62,169 bases of DNA, taken from Alphaproteobacteria bacterium (GTDB lineage: Bacteria; Pseudomonadota; Alphaproteobacteria; Rhodobacterales; Rhodobacteraceae). Positions 1 to 8,467 of this stretch are shown here, piece by piece (position 1 is the first letter of the stretch; every line of letters starts with the position of its first letter). Below the pieces are notes generated by a model. The model was given only the letters and a program-made list of their open reading frames with translations. It did not search any database and was not told where the DNA came from. The DNA lies in contig JAUIIC010000001.1 of the NCBI GenBank assembly GCA_030431935.1, forward strand, positions 1 through 62,169, in the 5' to 3' direction. A program made the translations under genes and the position numbers.

Positions 1-172
1 CCGCTTCCGTGTCCACCGACAGGATCCGCCCGTGGGCATGGTCGGAATAGACCATCGCCGCGTGGACCATGCCCGGCAGGACGATATCGTCCAGGTAGCG
101 CCCGCGCCCGGTCAGCAGCCGCGGGTCTTCGCGGCGCAGGCCACGCCCCCCGTCATCGTAGGCCATCTTCAT
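1..172 (-). CDS. Molybdopterin-dependent hydroxylase large subunit (xanthine dehydrogenase / CoxL family), N-terminal fragment; the gene runs off the window
   Basis: My own reverse-complement translation from the ATG at 172 gives MKMAYDDGGRGLRREDPRLLTGRGRYLDDIVLPGMVHAAMVYSDHAHGRILSVDTEA. The R-x-ED-x-RLLTG-x-G-x-Y-x-DD and AH(A/G)-x-I string is typical of the N-terminus of this family. It is too short to appear in the ORF track. Confidence 0.6.
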   Translation of the reverse strand, partial: MKMAYDDGGRGLRREDPRLLTGRGRYLDDIVLPGMVHAAMVYSDHAHGRILSVDTEA

Positions 173-251
173 CACCCGTGAGAATTCTTGCCGAAGTGTC
201 GGGCCGGGCGCGCCATGTGACCGGCGCGCCCGGCGTCTTGCATGCCGCCGC

Positions 252-1235
252 TCAGTACTTGGCGGCGACCTCGTTCAGGAAGTCGAAGAACGCCCGGGTC
301 TCGGGGTCGTTCGCCGTGGCATCGGCGCCCACGGTCGACAGGCGCGAGATCATCTCGTCGCGATCCGCGGCGGGCAGTTCGATGAACTTGCCGCCGTTCT
401 CTTCCCAGACCGCCCGCAGCCCCTTGTGGAACTCGAAGCTTTCGGCCTGCCAGCGGGTCTGCGCCGCGTCGCCGGCTTCCAGCACGGTCGCCTGCAGGTC
501 CTCGGGCAGGCTGTCGAACCACTGCTGGCTCAAGAGCGCGGCCGAGACCAGCATCGTGTCGTTGATGACGGTGATGGTGTCGGCATAGTCCCAGTACTTG
601 AAGGCGATGAAGATCGTCACGACAGAGCGCGTGCCGTCGATGACGCCCTGCTGCAACGCCGGCAGCACCTCGCCCAGCGGCATCGGAACGCCGGTCGCGC
701 CGACGCGCGCCATCGCCTCGCGCTCCATGTCGGTGGCGTTGACCCGGATCTTCATGCCCTCGAAATCGGCCAGCGTCTCGATCGGATCCTTGGCGATGTA
801 GTCGTGGTTGCCGTAGGCGAACTGGCCCAGAAGCACCATGCCCTTGGCCCGTGCCATCTCGTCCACCGCGTCCTGCACCGCCGGGTCGGCCATCAGCGCC
901 GCGGCATGTTCCTTGTCACGGTAGAGACCGGGCGCCGAGAACACGCCGAACCGCTTGTCCACGCCGACGAAGAAGTCGACGGGCGAGATGAACGCCTCTT
1001 GCGTGCCGAACTGCAGCCCCTCGATCTGCCGCGGGATCGGGCCAAGCTGGCTTTGCGGGTAGATCTCGACCTCGATCCGGTCGGTCCGCGCCGCAAGCTC
1101 TTCCTTGAAGACTTCGATGAACTTGTGCTGGTCCTCGTTGAAGGTGGCGGTGCCGAACTTCATCGTGAAATCGGCCGCCATGGCCGATCCCGTCATCATG
1201 GCGAATGCAAGCAATGCGCCGAACGTCGCTTTCAT
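252..1235 (-). CDS. TRAP transporter solute-binding protein (DctP family)
   Basis: ORF 252..1280, trimmed to the internal ATG at 1235, which is preceded by GGGAGGAAG. The N-terminus MKATFGALLAFAMMTGSAMA is a signal peptide. The body (YPQSQLG, GxQEAFISP, MKIRV, LQQGVIDG) is DctP-like. Confidence 0.85.
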   Translation of the reverse strand: MKATFGALLAFAMMTGSAMAADFTMKFGTATFNEDQHKFIEVFKEELAARTDRIEVEIYPQSQLGPIPRQIEGLQFGTQEAFISPVDFFVGVDKRFGVFSAPGLYRDKEHAAALMADPAVQDAVDEMARAKGMVLLGQFAYGNHDYIAKDPIETLADFEGMKIRVNATDMEREAMARVGATGVPMPLGEVLPALQQGVIDGTRSVVTIFIAFKYWDYADTITVINDTMLVSAALLSQQWFDSLPEDLQATVLEAGDAAQTRWQAESFEFHKGLRAVWEENGGKFIELPAADRDEMISRLSTVGADATANDPETRAFFDFLNEVAAKY

Positions 1236-1282
1236 GTCTTCCTCCCTTGGTTTGTGTTTGTTTTCGGCAATTTTTTGCAAGG

Positions 1283-1303
1283 AAGTTTGCTATTGTCAAA
1301 CTT
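1283..1303. promoter_or_regulatory. Perfect 7-bp inverted repeat AAGTTTG-N7-CAAACTT in an AT-rich divergent intergenic region; candidate operator
   Basis: Read directly at 1283..1303 (aagtttgctattgtcaaactt). It lies between the TRAP SBP gene (minus strand) and the XRE-cupin regulator gene (plus strand), in the only AT-rich stretch of this region. Confidence 0.4.
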
Positions 1304-1366
1304 ATTCCATCAGATTTAGATCATAGCGAACTTGATATCCGGCTCCGATCCGGACAAACAGGATGC

Positions 1367-1987
1367 ATGGCAAGAGACATTCCAAACGACGACACCCCCG
1401 AGATCGGCGACGTGATCCGCCGCATCCGCAAGGATGCCGGAATGACCATCGACGACCTCGCCGCGGCCACCGGCCTGTCGCGCGCCTATATCTCGCAGGT
1501 CGAGACCTCCAAGGCCGCGCCCTCGCTGCAGACGATCCGCAGGATATGCCGCGCGCTCGACGTGTCGCCCGCGCTTCTGTTCGAAGACCCCGAGGCGGGT
1601 TGCGTCCTGCTGCGCTCGGACCGGCAGAAGGTCATGCACTTCGAAACGGTCATCGACGGCGAGACGTTCCACAAGGCGATCAACGTCCTGTCGGAACAGA
1701 ACAAGAAGCTGGAAATGGTCCTGATAGAGCTGTCGCCGGGCAACATCGCCGGCGATCACGCGCATCCGGGCGAAGAGATCTTCTATGTCCTGCAGGGCGA
1801 GATGACGATCACCCATGGCAGCGCCACCTACCTGCTGCGCGAGGGCGATTCGGTCCATATCGACAGCCAGCTGATGCACCGCATCCACAACCACGGCAGC
1901 GAGCCGGTGAAGATCATCAGCGCGCGCACGCCGCCGGGCTTCATCGACCTGAGGCACGAGGACACGCTGAAACTGATGCGCAACTGA
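1367..1987 (+). CDS. XRE-family transcriptional regulator with C-terminal cupin domain
   Basis: ORF 1205..1987, trimmed to the ATG at 1367 (MARDIPNDD...). It has an HTH_3-like segment (IRRIRKDAGMTIDDLAAATGLSRAYISQVE) followed by a cupin motif (GDHAHPGEEIFYVLQGEM...GDSVHI...H). Confidence 0.85.
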   Translation: MARDIPNDDTPEIGDVIRRIRKDAGMTIDDLAAATGLSRAYISQVETSKAAPSLQTIRRICRALDVSPALLFEDPEAGCVLLRSDRQKVMHFETVIDGETFHKAINVLSEQNKKLEMVLIELSPGNIAGDHAHPGEEIFYVLQGEMTITHGSATYLLREGDSVHIDSQLMHRIHNHGSEPVKIISARTPPGFIDLRHEDTLKLMRN

Positions 1988-2000
1988 CAGGGGGGCGTCC

Positions 2001-2891
2001 ATGATCATCCGCAACGAGGCCGAGGTCACCGATGCCGTTCTGGAGGTGATGCGCCAGACCTCCGATCCGCGCCTGCGCGAAATCATGGTTGCTCTCATCA
2101 AACATCTGCACGGCTTCGTCCGAGAGGTGCGCCTGACAGAGCCCGAGTTCCGGCAGGCGACGAAGCTCATCAACGAGATCGGCCAGGCCACCACCGACAG
2201 CCACAACGAGGCGGTGCTGATGGCCGGATCGCTCGGGGTGTCCACGCTCGTCTGCCTGCTCAACAACGGCGACAACGGCGCGACCGAGACGACGCAGAAC
2301 CTGCTCGGCCCGTTCTGGCGGATGCATTCGCCCCGAACGGAACTTGGCGGCAGCATCATGCGCAGCGAGACGCCCGGAGATCCCATGTTCGTCGACCTGG
2401 TGTTCCGGGACACGGACGGCCGTCCGATCGAGGGGCTGGAGGTGGATATCTGGCACTGCTCGGCCGAAGGGCTCTACGAGAACCAGGAAGAGGACCAGGC
2501 CGAGTACAACCTGCGCGGCAAGTTCACCACCGGCGCGGATGGCCGCGTCTGGTTCCGCTCGATCAAGCAGTCGGGCTACCCGATCCCCACCCATGCCGTG
2601 GTCGGCCGCCTTCTGGAGGCGCAGAACCGCCATCCCTTCCGGCCGGCCCACATCCATGTGCTGGCCCATAAGGAAGGCTACAAGACGCTGATTTCACAGA
2701 TCTATTCCGACGACGATCCCAAGCTGGACAGCGACGTGCAATTCGGCGTGACACGGGCGCTCGTGGGCCGGTTCCAGCGCCATGACGCGCCGCATCCGGA
2801 CGGGCTGGCGCCGGGGGGCTGGTACAGCCTGAGCCACGCGCTGGAGCTGGAGCCGGGCGTGTCGGAACTGCCCATGCCGCCGATCAGGTAG
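2001..2891 (+). CDS. Intradiol ring-cleavage dioxygenase (hydroxyquinol / catechol 1,2-dioxygenase family)
   Basis: 296 aa. The N-terminal helical domain is followed by the catalytic core containing DIWHCSAEGLY, YNLRG, GYPIP and RPAHIHV. These are the characteristic Tyr/His iron-ligand regions of intradiol dioxygenases. Confidence 0.85.
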   Translation: MIIRNEAEVTDAVLEVMRQTSDPRLREIMVALIKHLHGFVREVRLTEPEFRQATKLINEIGQATTDSHNEAVLMAGSLGVSTLVCLLNNGDNGATETTQNLLGPFWRMHSPRTELGGSIMRSETPGDPMFVDLVFRDTDGRPIEGLEVDIWHCSAEGLYENQEEDQAEYNLRGKFTTGADGRVWFRSIKQSGYPIPTHAVVGRLLEAQNRHPFRPAHIHVLAHKEGYKTLISQIYSDDDPKLDSDVQFGVTRALVGRFQRHDAPHPDGLAPGGWYSLSHALELEPGVSELPMPPIR

Positions 2892-2906
2892 CGCCGCGCG
2901 CGCGCC

Positions 2907-3911
2907 TCAGCGCATCCAGAGCTTTTCCTTCTTGATCCGGTTGCGGATCACCTGTTCGCGCGTCGGCAGGCGGTCGCGGTCGAACAGCTCGCGCACCTTC
3001 CGGCCCCGGCCCTGGTAGACCATGCGCTTGATCGGCTCGTACGACTTCAGCACCTTCTTGATCCGGTTCGGCGCCGCGACCTCTTCCAGCACCTCGACCA
3101 CTCGGTCGCGTTCCCGCGCGTAGAGCAGCGGGAACACCCGGTAGTGACAGCTGACCTCGCCATCCAGCAGGCCCTCGGGGATCGTGCGCCGCGCGCCGCC
3201 CAGCCCGTGGATCACCAGCGGCAGCACGATCTGGTCGAGCCAGGGGAACAGCGCCTGGCTGGCCAGCGCCTCGGGCGGGTCGTCGCGCACCGCCAGCGCG
3301 TAGTCGAGGAACCGTTGCCCGAACTCCGCCGGGCAGCGGTAGAAGAACCAGCCCGCGTTGAAGTAGAGATAGCGCGCCCAGTATTCCTCGGGCTCGGAGG
3401 TGTCGATCGAGCTTTCGAACTCCAGCCCGAACTTGTCGTAAAGCGATTTCCAGATCCCGTGATAGCCCGGCCCGTACAACGGCACCTCGGGCCATGTGCC
3501 CTCGCGCTCCAGCGAGGCGCAGGGCCGGTCGAAGTCGAACGGAACCTGCGACAGGGGCCCGGTAATCAGCGTGTCGGTGTCGAAGAAGACGAAGGGTTCG
3601 CCCGGGGGCAGGGCGGCCAGCCCCTCGATCTTGTTCCCGTGCGGATAGTCGGCGCCGAAATGGCGGCTTTCGAACCCCACGATCTCGGCGCCCAGGTCGC
3701 CCAGAAGCGCGCGTGCCGCGTCGTCGCGGATGCGCGGGTCGTCGGGCCAGCGCGGGCCCGGCTGCGGCTCCAGCACGACGAGCCGCCCGGCAAAGCCCGG
3801 GTCCATCGCGCGCAGCGAGGCGGCAAACAGCACCGCCTCGTAGGTCAGCCGCCCCGCCTGTGCGACGATGGCGATGTTGAAGGCGTGGCGTTCGGGGGCG
3901 TTACCGTCCAT
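2907..3911 (-). CDS. Conserved hypothetical protein; possible GT-A fold nucleotide-sugar transferase (GT8-like, DxD motif)
   Basis: ORF 2907..4502, trimmed to the ATG at 3911 (MDGNAPERHAFNIAIVAQ...). The upstream extension is Arg/Pro-rich shadow sequence that overlaps the opposite-strand gene. FVFFDTDTLI resembles a DxD motif. The function is a guess. Confidence 0.5.
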   Translation of the reverse strand: MDGNAPERHAFNIAIVAQAGRLTYEAVLFAASLRAMDPGFAGRLVVLEPQPGPRWPDDPRIRDDAARALLGDLGAEIVGFESRHFGADYPHGNKIEGLAALPPGEPFVFFDTDTLITGPLSQVPFDFDRPCASLEREGTWPEVPLYGPGYHGIWKSLYDKFGLEFESSIDTSEPEEYWARYLYFNAGWFFYRCPAEFGQRFLDYALAVRDDPPEALASQALFPWLDQIVLPLVIHGLGGARRTIPEGLLDGEVSCHYRVFPLLYARERDRVVEVLEEVAAPNRIKKVLKSYEPIKRMVYQGRGRKVRELFDRDRLPTREQVIRNRIKKEKLWMR

Positions 3912-4010
3912 ACTGGTCCTGCTCGTGACGTGTTTTGCGGGCAGTATACAGGCGAAGAGGCGCCGCAAGAAGCGGTAAGCCACCGGAACACGCCAGGGAA
4001 GGAGAGCGCG

Positions 4011-4409
4011 ATGCTGCGGACGACGGGCTTGGTGCTGGCGCTGGGGCTTGCCGCAGGGGCGGCGGCCGCCCAGGACGACCAGGCGCGCATGATCCTGGAC
4101 ATGACCCGCGACAACTGGGTCGCCGTGCGCGACTGGGACGGCCAGGACCTTCTGTATTTCACCCATCTCGAAAGCTACCGCTGCAACATCGCGGCGGTGG
4201 ACATCGCGGTGAACGGCCAGAAGGCCACGCGCTGGGCGCTGGCCCCCTGCGACACGCCCGGCGCGCTCTTCGCCCCCCTGCCGTCCGAGCATCTGCCCTA
4301 TGCCAGCTATCCGCAGGGCAGCATCGCACATGTGGTGGTGCGGCTCACCTGGCCCGACGGCACGGCGGCCTGGGCCGCCTTTTCCCGCGACCAGATCGAG
4401 ATGCCTTGA
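4011..4409 (+). CDS. Small exported hypothetical protein (132 aa)
   Basis: Internal ATG at 4011 of ORF 3144..4409. MLRTTGLVLALGLAAGAAAAQD is a clear Sec signal peptide. There are two Cys residues in the mature part and no recognisable domain. Confidence 0.6.
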   Translation: MLRTTGLVLALGLAAGAAAAQDDQARMILDMTRDNWVAVRDWDGQDLLYFTHLESYRCNIAAVDIAVNGQKATRWALAPCDTPGALFAPLPSEHLPYASYPQGSIAHVVVRLTWPDGTAAWAAFSRDQIEMP

Positions 4410-4531
4410 GCCGCGCGACCTGTCGCGATATTGCAGCACCCGCACGGCAATCTGGGGTCGCGCCCGCCGCCGCGTTGGACAGGGGCGCACCACCCTGTGC
4501 ATAACTTTCCCGTGAAGGGTATGCTGCCACC

Positions 4532-6421
4532 ATGTATTCTTGGCTGATCGACCTGCCCCGCGCAGTGAAGCGCGCGATGTTGATAACGCTGGATACGGCG
4601 CTCATTCCCGCATGCCTGTATCTTGCCTTCGTGCTGCGCCTCGATCCCAGCTGGCTGCCGATCTTCCTCGAACGCTCCTGGGCGCTGTTTCCTCTCCTGA
4701 CGGTCTCCGGGATCGCCGTGCTCGTGGTCTGGCGGCTCGACAGCTTCAAGATCCATGCCTTCGAGGCGCGGGCCTCGATTCGCTTTGCCTTTGCCGCGGC
4801 CACGATGGCGGTGATCGCCATGGGGCTCAGCTATACGTTCCAGCTTGGCGTGCCGCGCTCGGTTCCCATCATCTTCGCGGGCCTCTACACGCTTTGCACC
4901 GTCTGCGTGCGCATCGGGGCGCAGGCCTTCTTCGAATGGCTGGCCAAGCGCAGCTCGCGGATGATCCCGGTGGCCGTCTACGGGGCGGGGGCGGCCGGCA
5001 TCCAGCTTGTCTCGGCGCTGCGCCGCTCGCGCGAGGTGACGCCGGTCGCCTTCGTCGACGACAACCACACCCTGCACGGGCTTGTGGTGGCGAACCTGCC
5101 GGTGCGCTCGCCCGCCACGCTTCAGGGCATGATCGCCTCCGGCCGGATCCAGCGCGTGCTGATCGCCATTCCGTCGCTGTCGCGCATCCGCCGCCGCCAG
5201 CTGATCGCCGAGCTGTCGGGGCTCGGGGCCGAGGTCCAGGTGCTGCCCTCCTTCATCGAACTGATGGACGGCCCCGCGCTGGAGGACCAGCTGCGCACCG
5301 TCGATCCCGACGATCTGCTGGGGCGCGAGGCGGTGAACCTCGACATTCCCGACGTCGCCAAGGCCTATGCCGGGCGCAGCGTGATGGTCACCGGCGCCGG
5401 AGGCTCCATCGGGTCGGAACTGTGCCGCCAGCTGGTGTCCTGCGGTCCCGCGCGCGTCGTGCTGTTCGAACTGAACGAGTTCGCGCTCTATTCCATCGAC
5501 GCCGACATGCGCGCCCTGACCGAGGGCACGGGCATCCAGGTGGTGCCGCGGCTCGGCTCGGTCTGCGACCGCGCCCGCGTAGACCAGGTGATCGCCGACC
5601 AGGGGGTCGAGATCGTCCTGCACGCCGCGGCCTACAAGCACGTTCCCCTCATCGAGGAGAACGAGGCCGAAGGCGCCGCCAACAATGTCATCGGCACCCA
5701 GACCGTGGCCGAGGCGGCGCGCGAGGCCGGGCTCGAGCGCTTCATCCTCGTCTCCACCGACAAGGCGGTGCGTCCCACAAACATCATGGGCGCGACCAAG
5801 CGCATGGCCGAACTGGTGGTGCAGGACCTTCAGACGCGCTCGCCCCGGACCAAGTTCGCCATCGTGCGCTTCGGTAACGTCCTTGGGTCATCGGGCTCCG
5901 TCCTGCCGCTGTTCCAGCGCCAGATCGCATCGGGTGGGCCGGTGACCGTCACCCATCAGGACGTGACCCGCTTCTTCATGACGATCCCCGAGGCGTCGCG
6001 CCTGGTGCTCCTGGCCGGCGCCTACGCCGAAGGCGGGGACCATTTCGTTCTCGACATGGGCGAGCCGCGCAAGGTCATCGACATCGCCCGACGCATGATC
6101 GCGCTGGCGGGTCGCACCGTGCGCGAGGAAGGGTCCGAGGACGGCGAGATCGAGATCAAGGTGATCGGCCTGCGCCCCGGCGAGAAGCTGTACGAGGAAC
6201 TGTTGATCGACAACGACAGCCTTGTGAAGACGCCGCACTCCAAGATCCTGCGCGCCGAGGAAAAGGCGCTGTCCCAGATCGAGGTCGCGGCGATGATGCG
6301 CGAACTGAACGCGGCCATCGCCGAAAACGATGCGCCGCGCGTCCGGGCCGCCGTGCGCAAGTGGGTCGAGGGTTACCATCCTCCGGCGGTTTCCACGGAC
6401 GCCGCAAGGCTTGGAACCTGA
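4532..6421 (+). CDS. Membrane-anchored polysaccharide biosynthesis protein, CapD/PglF/WbpM type (UDP-HexNAc 4,6-dehydratase family)
   Basis: 629 aa. It has four predicted N-terminal TM helices and a central Rossmann segment (VYGAGAAG). An extended SDR domain follows, with VTGAGGSIGSEL, AAYKHVP, TDKAVRPTNIMGATKR and VRFGNVLGSSGSV. All are typical of the CapD/PglF family. Confidence 0.85.
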   Translation: MYSWLIDLPRAVKRAMLITLDTALIPACLYLAFVLRLDPSWLPIFLERSWALFPLLTVSGIAVLVVWRLDSFKIHAFEARASIRFAFAAATMAVIAMGLSYTFQLGVPRSVPIIFAGLYTLCTVCVRIGAQAFFEWLAKRSSRMIPVAVYGAGAAGIQLVSALRRSREVTPVAFVDDNHTLHGLVVANLPVRSPATLQGMIASGRIQRVLIAIPSLSRIRRRQLIAELSGLGAEVQVLPSFIELMDGPALEDQLRTVDPDDLLGREAVNLDIPDVAKAYAGRSVMVTGAGGSIGSELCRQLVSCGPARVVLFELNEFALYSIDADMRALTEGTGIQVVPRLGSVCDRARVDQVIADQGVEIVLHAAAYKHVPLIEENEAEGAANNVIGTQTVAEAAREAGLERFILVSTDKAVRPTNIMGATKRMAELVVQDLQTRSPRTKFAIVRFGNVLGSSGSVLPLFQRQIASGGPVTVTHQDVTRFFMTIPEASRLVLLAGAYAEGGDHFVLDMGEPRKVIDIARRMIALAGRTVREEGSEDGEIEIKVIGLRPGEKLYEELLIDNDSLVKTPHSKILRAEEKALSQIEVAAMMRELNAAIAENDAPRVRAAVRKWVEGYHPPAVSTDAARLGT

Positions 6422-6611
6422 CGCGCCCCGGTGACGCAGGGCCAGATTCGGGTTGCGAAGGCGGGGATGGTCGCTTTATGTGCGCGGACAACACAGATGA
6501 TGACCCGAAACGCGCGCCCGCCGGATCAAGCACCCGCATGACACCCTCCGCCCATGACCTGACCCGCCGCCATGTTGCATGGCGGGCCGCCCATCGTGCA
6601 GAGGGCACCGT

Positions 6612-7424
6612 ATGCCGTTGACCGATCCCGCGCAGACACCCGCCGTGCATCCCACGGCCATCGTCGAGGACGGTGTGCAGCTTGGCGAAGGCGTTCGCAT
6701 CGGCCCGTATTGCGTGGTCGGCGCCGGATCCGTCCTGAAGGACGGGGTCGAGCTGCGCTCGCATGTCGTGGTCGAGGGCCGCACCACCCTTGGCGAAGGC
6801 ACGGTCGTTCATCCCTTCACCACGCTGGGCAGCGCACCCCAGCACCTGCGCTACGAGGGCGAGGATACCGCGCTTGTCGTCGGTGCGAACTGCGTGATCC
6901 GCGAACAGGTCTCGATCCACCGGGGCACCGCGCTGGGCGGCGGCGAAACCGTGATCGGCGCCAACGCGCTGGTGATGGCGGCCAGCCACATCGCCCATGA
7001 CTGCCACATCGGCGAGAACGTCATCGTCGCGTCGAACTGCACGCTCGGCGGGCATGTCGTCGTGGGCGACAACGTCTTTCTCGGCGGCCTGGCCGGGGTG
7101 CACCAGTTCTGCCGCATCGGCGCCCATGCCTTCGTCGGCGGCCTCGCTGCCGTCCACAGCGACGTGATCCCCTTCGGCTCGGCCATCGGCAACCGCGCCA
7201 AGCTGGGCGGGCTGAACCTTGTCGGGCTCAAGCGGGCGGGCTTCAGCCGTTCGACCATCAACGACATCCGTTCGGGCTACCGCGATCTCTTCAACGACGA
7301 CGTCGACAGCTTCAAGGAGCGGGTGGCCCAGGTCGCGCAGCGCTATGCCCATTCGCCCGAAGTCATGATGATCGTCGAGTTCATCGGCGCCGACACCAGC
7401 CGCCCCATACTGGGCGCGCGCTAG
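6612..7424 (+). CDS. lpxA: Acyl-ACP--UDP-N-acetylglucosamine O-acyltransferase (LpxA family)
   Basis: ORF 6579..7424, trimmed to the ATG at 6612. It has left-handed beta-helix hexapeptide repeats and LpxA signatures (IHPTAIV-like start, GSAPQHLRYEGE, IAHDCHIG, GGLNLVGLKRAGFS). The helical C-terminal domain is also LpxA-like. Confidence 0.85.
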   Translation: MPLTDPAQTPAVHPTAIVEDGVQLGEGVRIGPYCVVGAGSVLKDGVELRSHVVVEGRTTLGEGTVVHPFTTLGSAPQHLRYEGEDTALVVGANCVIREQVSIHRGTALGGGETVIGANALVMAASHIAHDCHIGENVIVASNCTLGGHVVVGDNVFLGGLAGVHQFCRIGAHAFVGGLAAVHSDVIPFGSAIGNRAKLGGLNLVGLKRAGFSRSTINDIRSGYRDLFNDDVDSFKERVAQVAQRYAHSPEVMMIVEFIGADTSRPILGAR

Positions 7425-7429
7425 GGCGG

Positions 7430-8467
7430 ATGCCTGACCCCCGGTTCTTTCCCGTCCCCGATCCGGTCACGCTGGAGCAGGCCGCGCGCCTGACCGGCGC
7501 GCGCCTGTCCGACGGCGCCGATCCCGCGCAACGGATCACCTCGGTCGCGCCCGTCGACAGCGCCGGCCCGGGCGACGCCGCCTTCCTCGCCAGCCCGTCC
7601 GACACCGCTCGCCTCGACGCCTCGCGCGCGGGGGCCTGCTTTGTCACGCCTGCGCTGGCCGCGAAGCATCCCGGCGGCCGCGCCCTTCTGATCCACGACG
7701 CGCCGCAACGGGCCTTCGTCGCGCTGGCCCGTCACCTCTTTCCCGAACCGCCCCTGCAGCCCGGCATCAGCCCCGCCGCCCATGTCGCCGACGGCGCGCT
7801 GGTGGGCGCGGGCTGCCGCATCGACCCCGGCGCGGTGATCGAGGACGGGGCCGAGATAGGCGCGGGCAGCTGGATTCGCGCCGGCAGCGTCATCTGCGAG
7901 AACGTCGTCATCGGCGAGGGCGCCCGCATCGGCCCCAACGCCACCATCACCCACGCCATCCTCGGCGCGGGCGTCATCGTCCACGCGGGCGCCGCCATCG
8001 GGCAGGACGGCTTCGGCTATGTCCCAGGTCCGGCGGGGCTGGTGAAGGTGCCGCAACTGGGCCGCGTCCTGATCGGCGACGATGTCGAGATCGGGGCCAA
8101 CACCACCATCGACCGGGGCGCTGGCGGCGATACCGAGATCGGGCAGGGCACCAAGATCGACAACCAGGTGCAGATCGGCCACAACTGCCGCATCGGTCGC
8201 TTCTGCGCGCTGGCCAGCCAGGTGGGGCTGTCGGGCAGCGTCACCGTGGGCGACGGCGTCCAGATGGGGGGCAAGTCCGGCTCTGCCGACCACATCACCA
8301 TCGGCGCGGGCGCGAAACTGGCGGCGGGCACCGGGCTGATGCGCGACGTGCCGCCGGGTGCGGTCATGGCGGGCCGCCCGGCGCTGCCGATCAAGGACTG
8401 GCACCGCGATACCGTGAACCTGAAACGCCTGCGCGACCGCCGCCCGACGAAGGACAAGGACCAGTGA
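7430..8467 (+). CDS. lpxD: UDP-3-O-acylglucosamine N-acyltransferase (LpxD family)
   Basis: 345 aa. It has the typical alphaproteobacterial LpxD N-terminus (MPDPRFF...). A long hexapeptide-repeat beta-helix follows (QDGFGY, GRVLIGDDVEIGANTTIDRG, IDNQVQIGHN). It starts 5 nt after the lpxA stop. Confidence 0.85.
   Translation: MPDPRFFPVPDPVTLEQAARLTGARLSDGADPAQRITSVAPVDSAGPGDAAFLASPSDTARLDASRAGACFVTPALAAKHPGGRALLIHDAPQRAFVALARHLFPEPPLQPGISPAAHVADGALVGAGCRIDPGAVIEDGAEIGAGSWIRAGSVICENVVIGEGARIGPNATITHAILGAGVIVHAGAAIGQDGFGYVPGPAGLVKVPQLGRVLIGDDVEIGANTTIDRGAGGDTEIGQGTKIDNQVQIGHNCRIGRFCALASQVGLSGSVTVGDGVQMGGKSGSADHITIGAGAKLAAGTGLMRDVPPGAVMAGRPALPIKDWHRDTVNLKRLRDRRPTKDKDQ

Noticed and set aside
3912-4502. 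Long N-terminal extension of the 2907..4502 ORF (531 aa form)
   Set aside because: The extension is Arg/Pro-rich and overlaps the signal-peptide-bearing gene at 4011..4409 on the other strand. Recognisable sequence only begins at the ATG at 3911.
4410-4531. Palindrome CGCGAC-CT-GTCGCG downstream of the small exported-protein gene as a terminator
   Set aside because: A 2-nt loop is sterically implausible for an RNA hairpin and no T-tract follows. It may be a protein-binding site, but the evidence is too weak to report as a feature.
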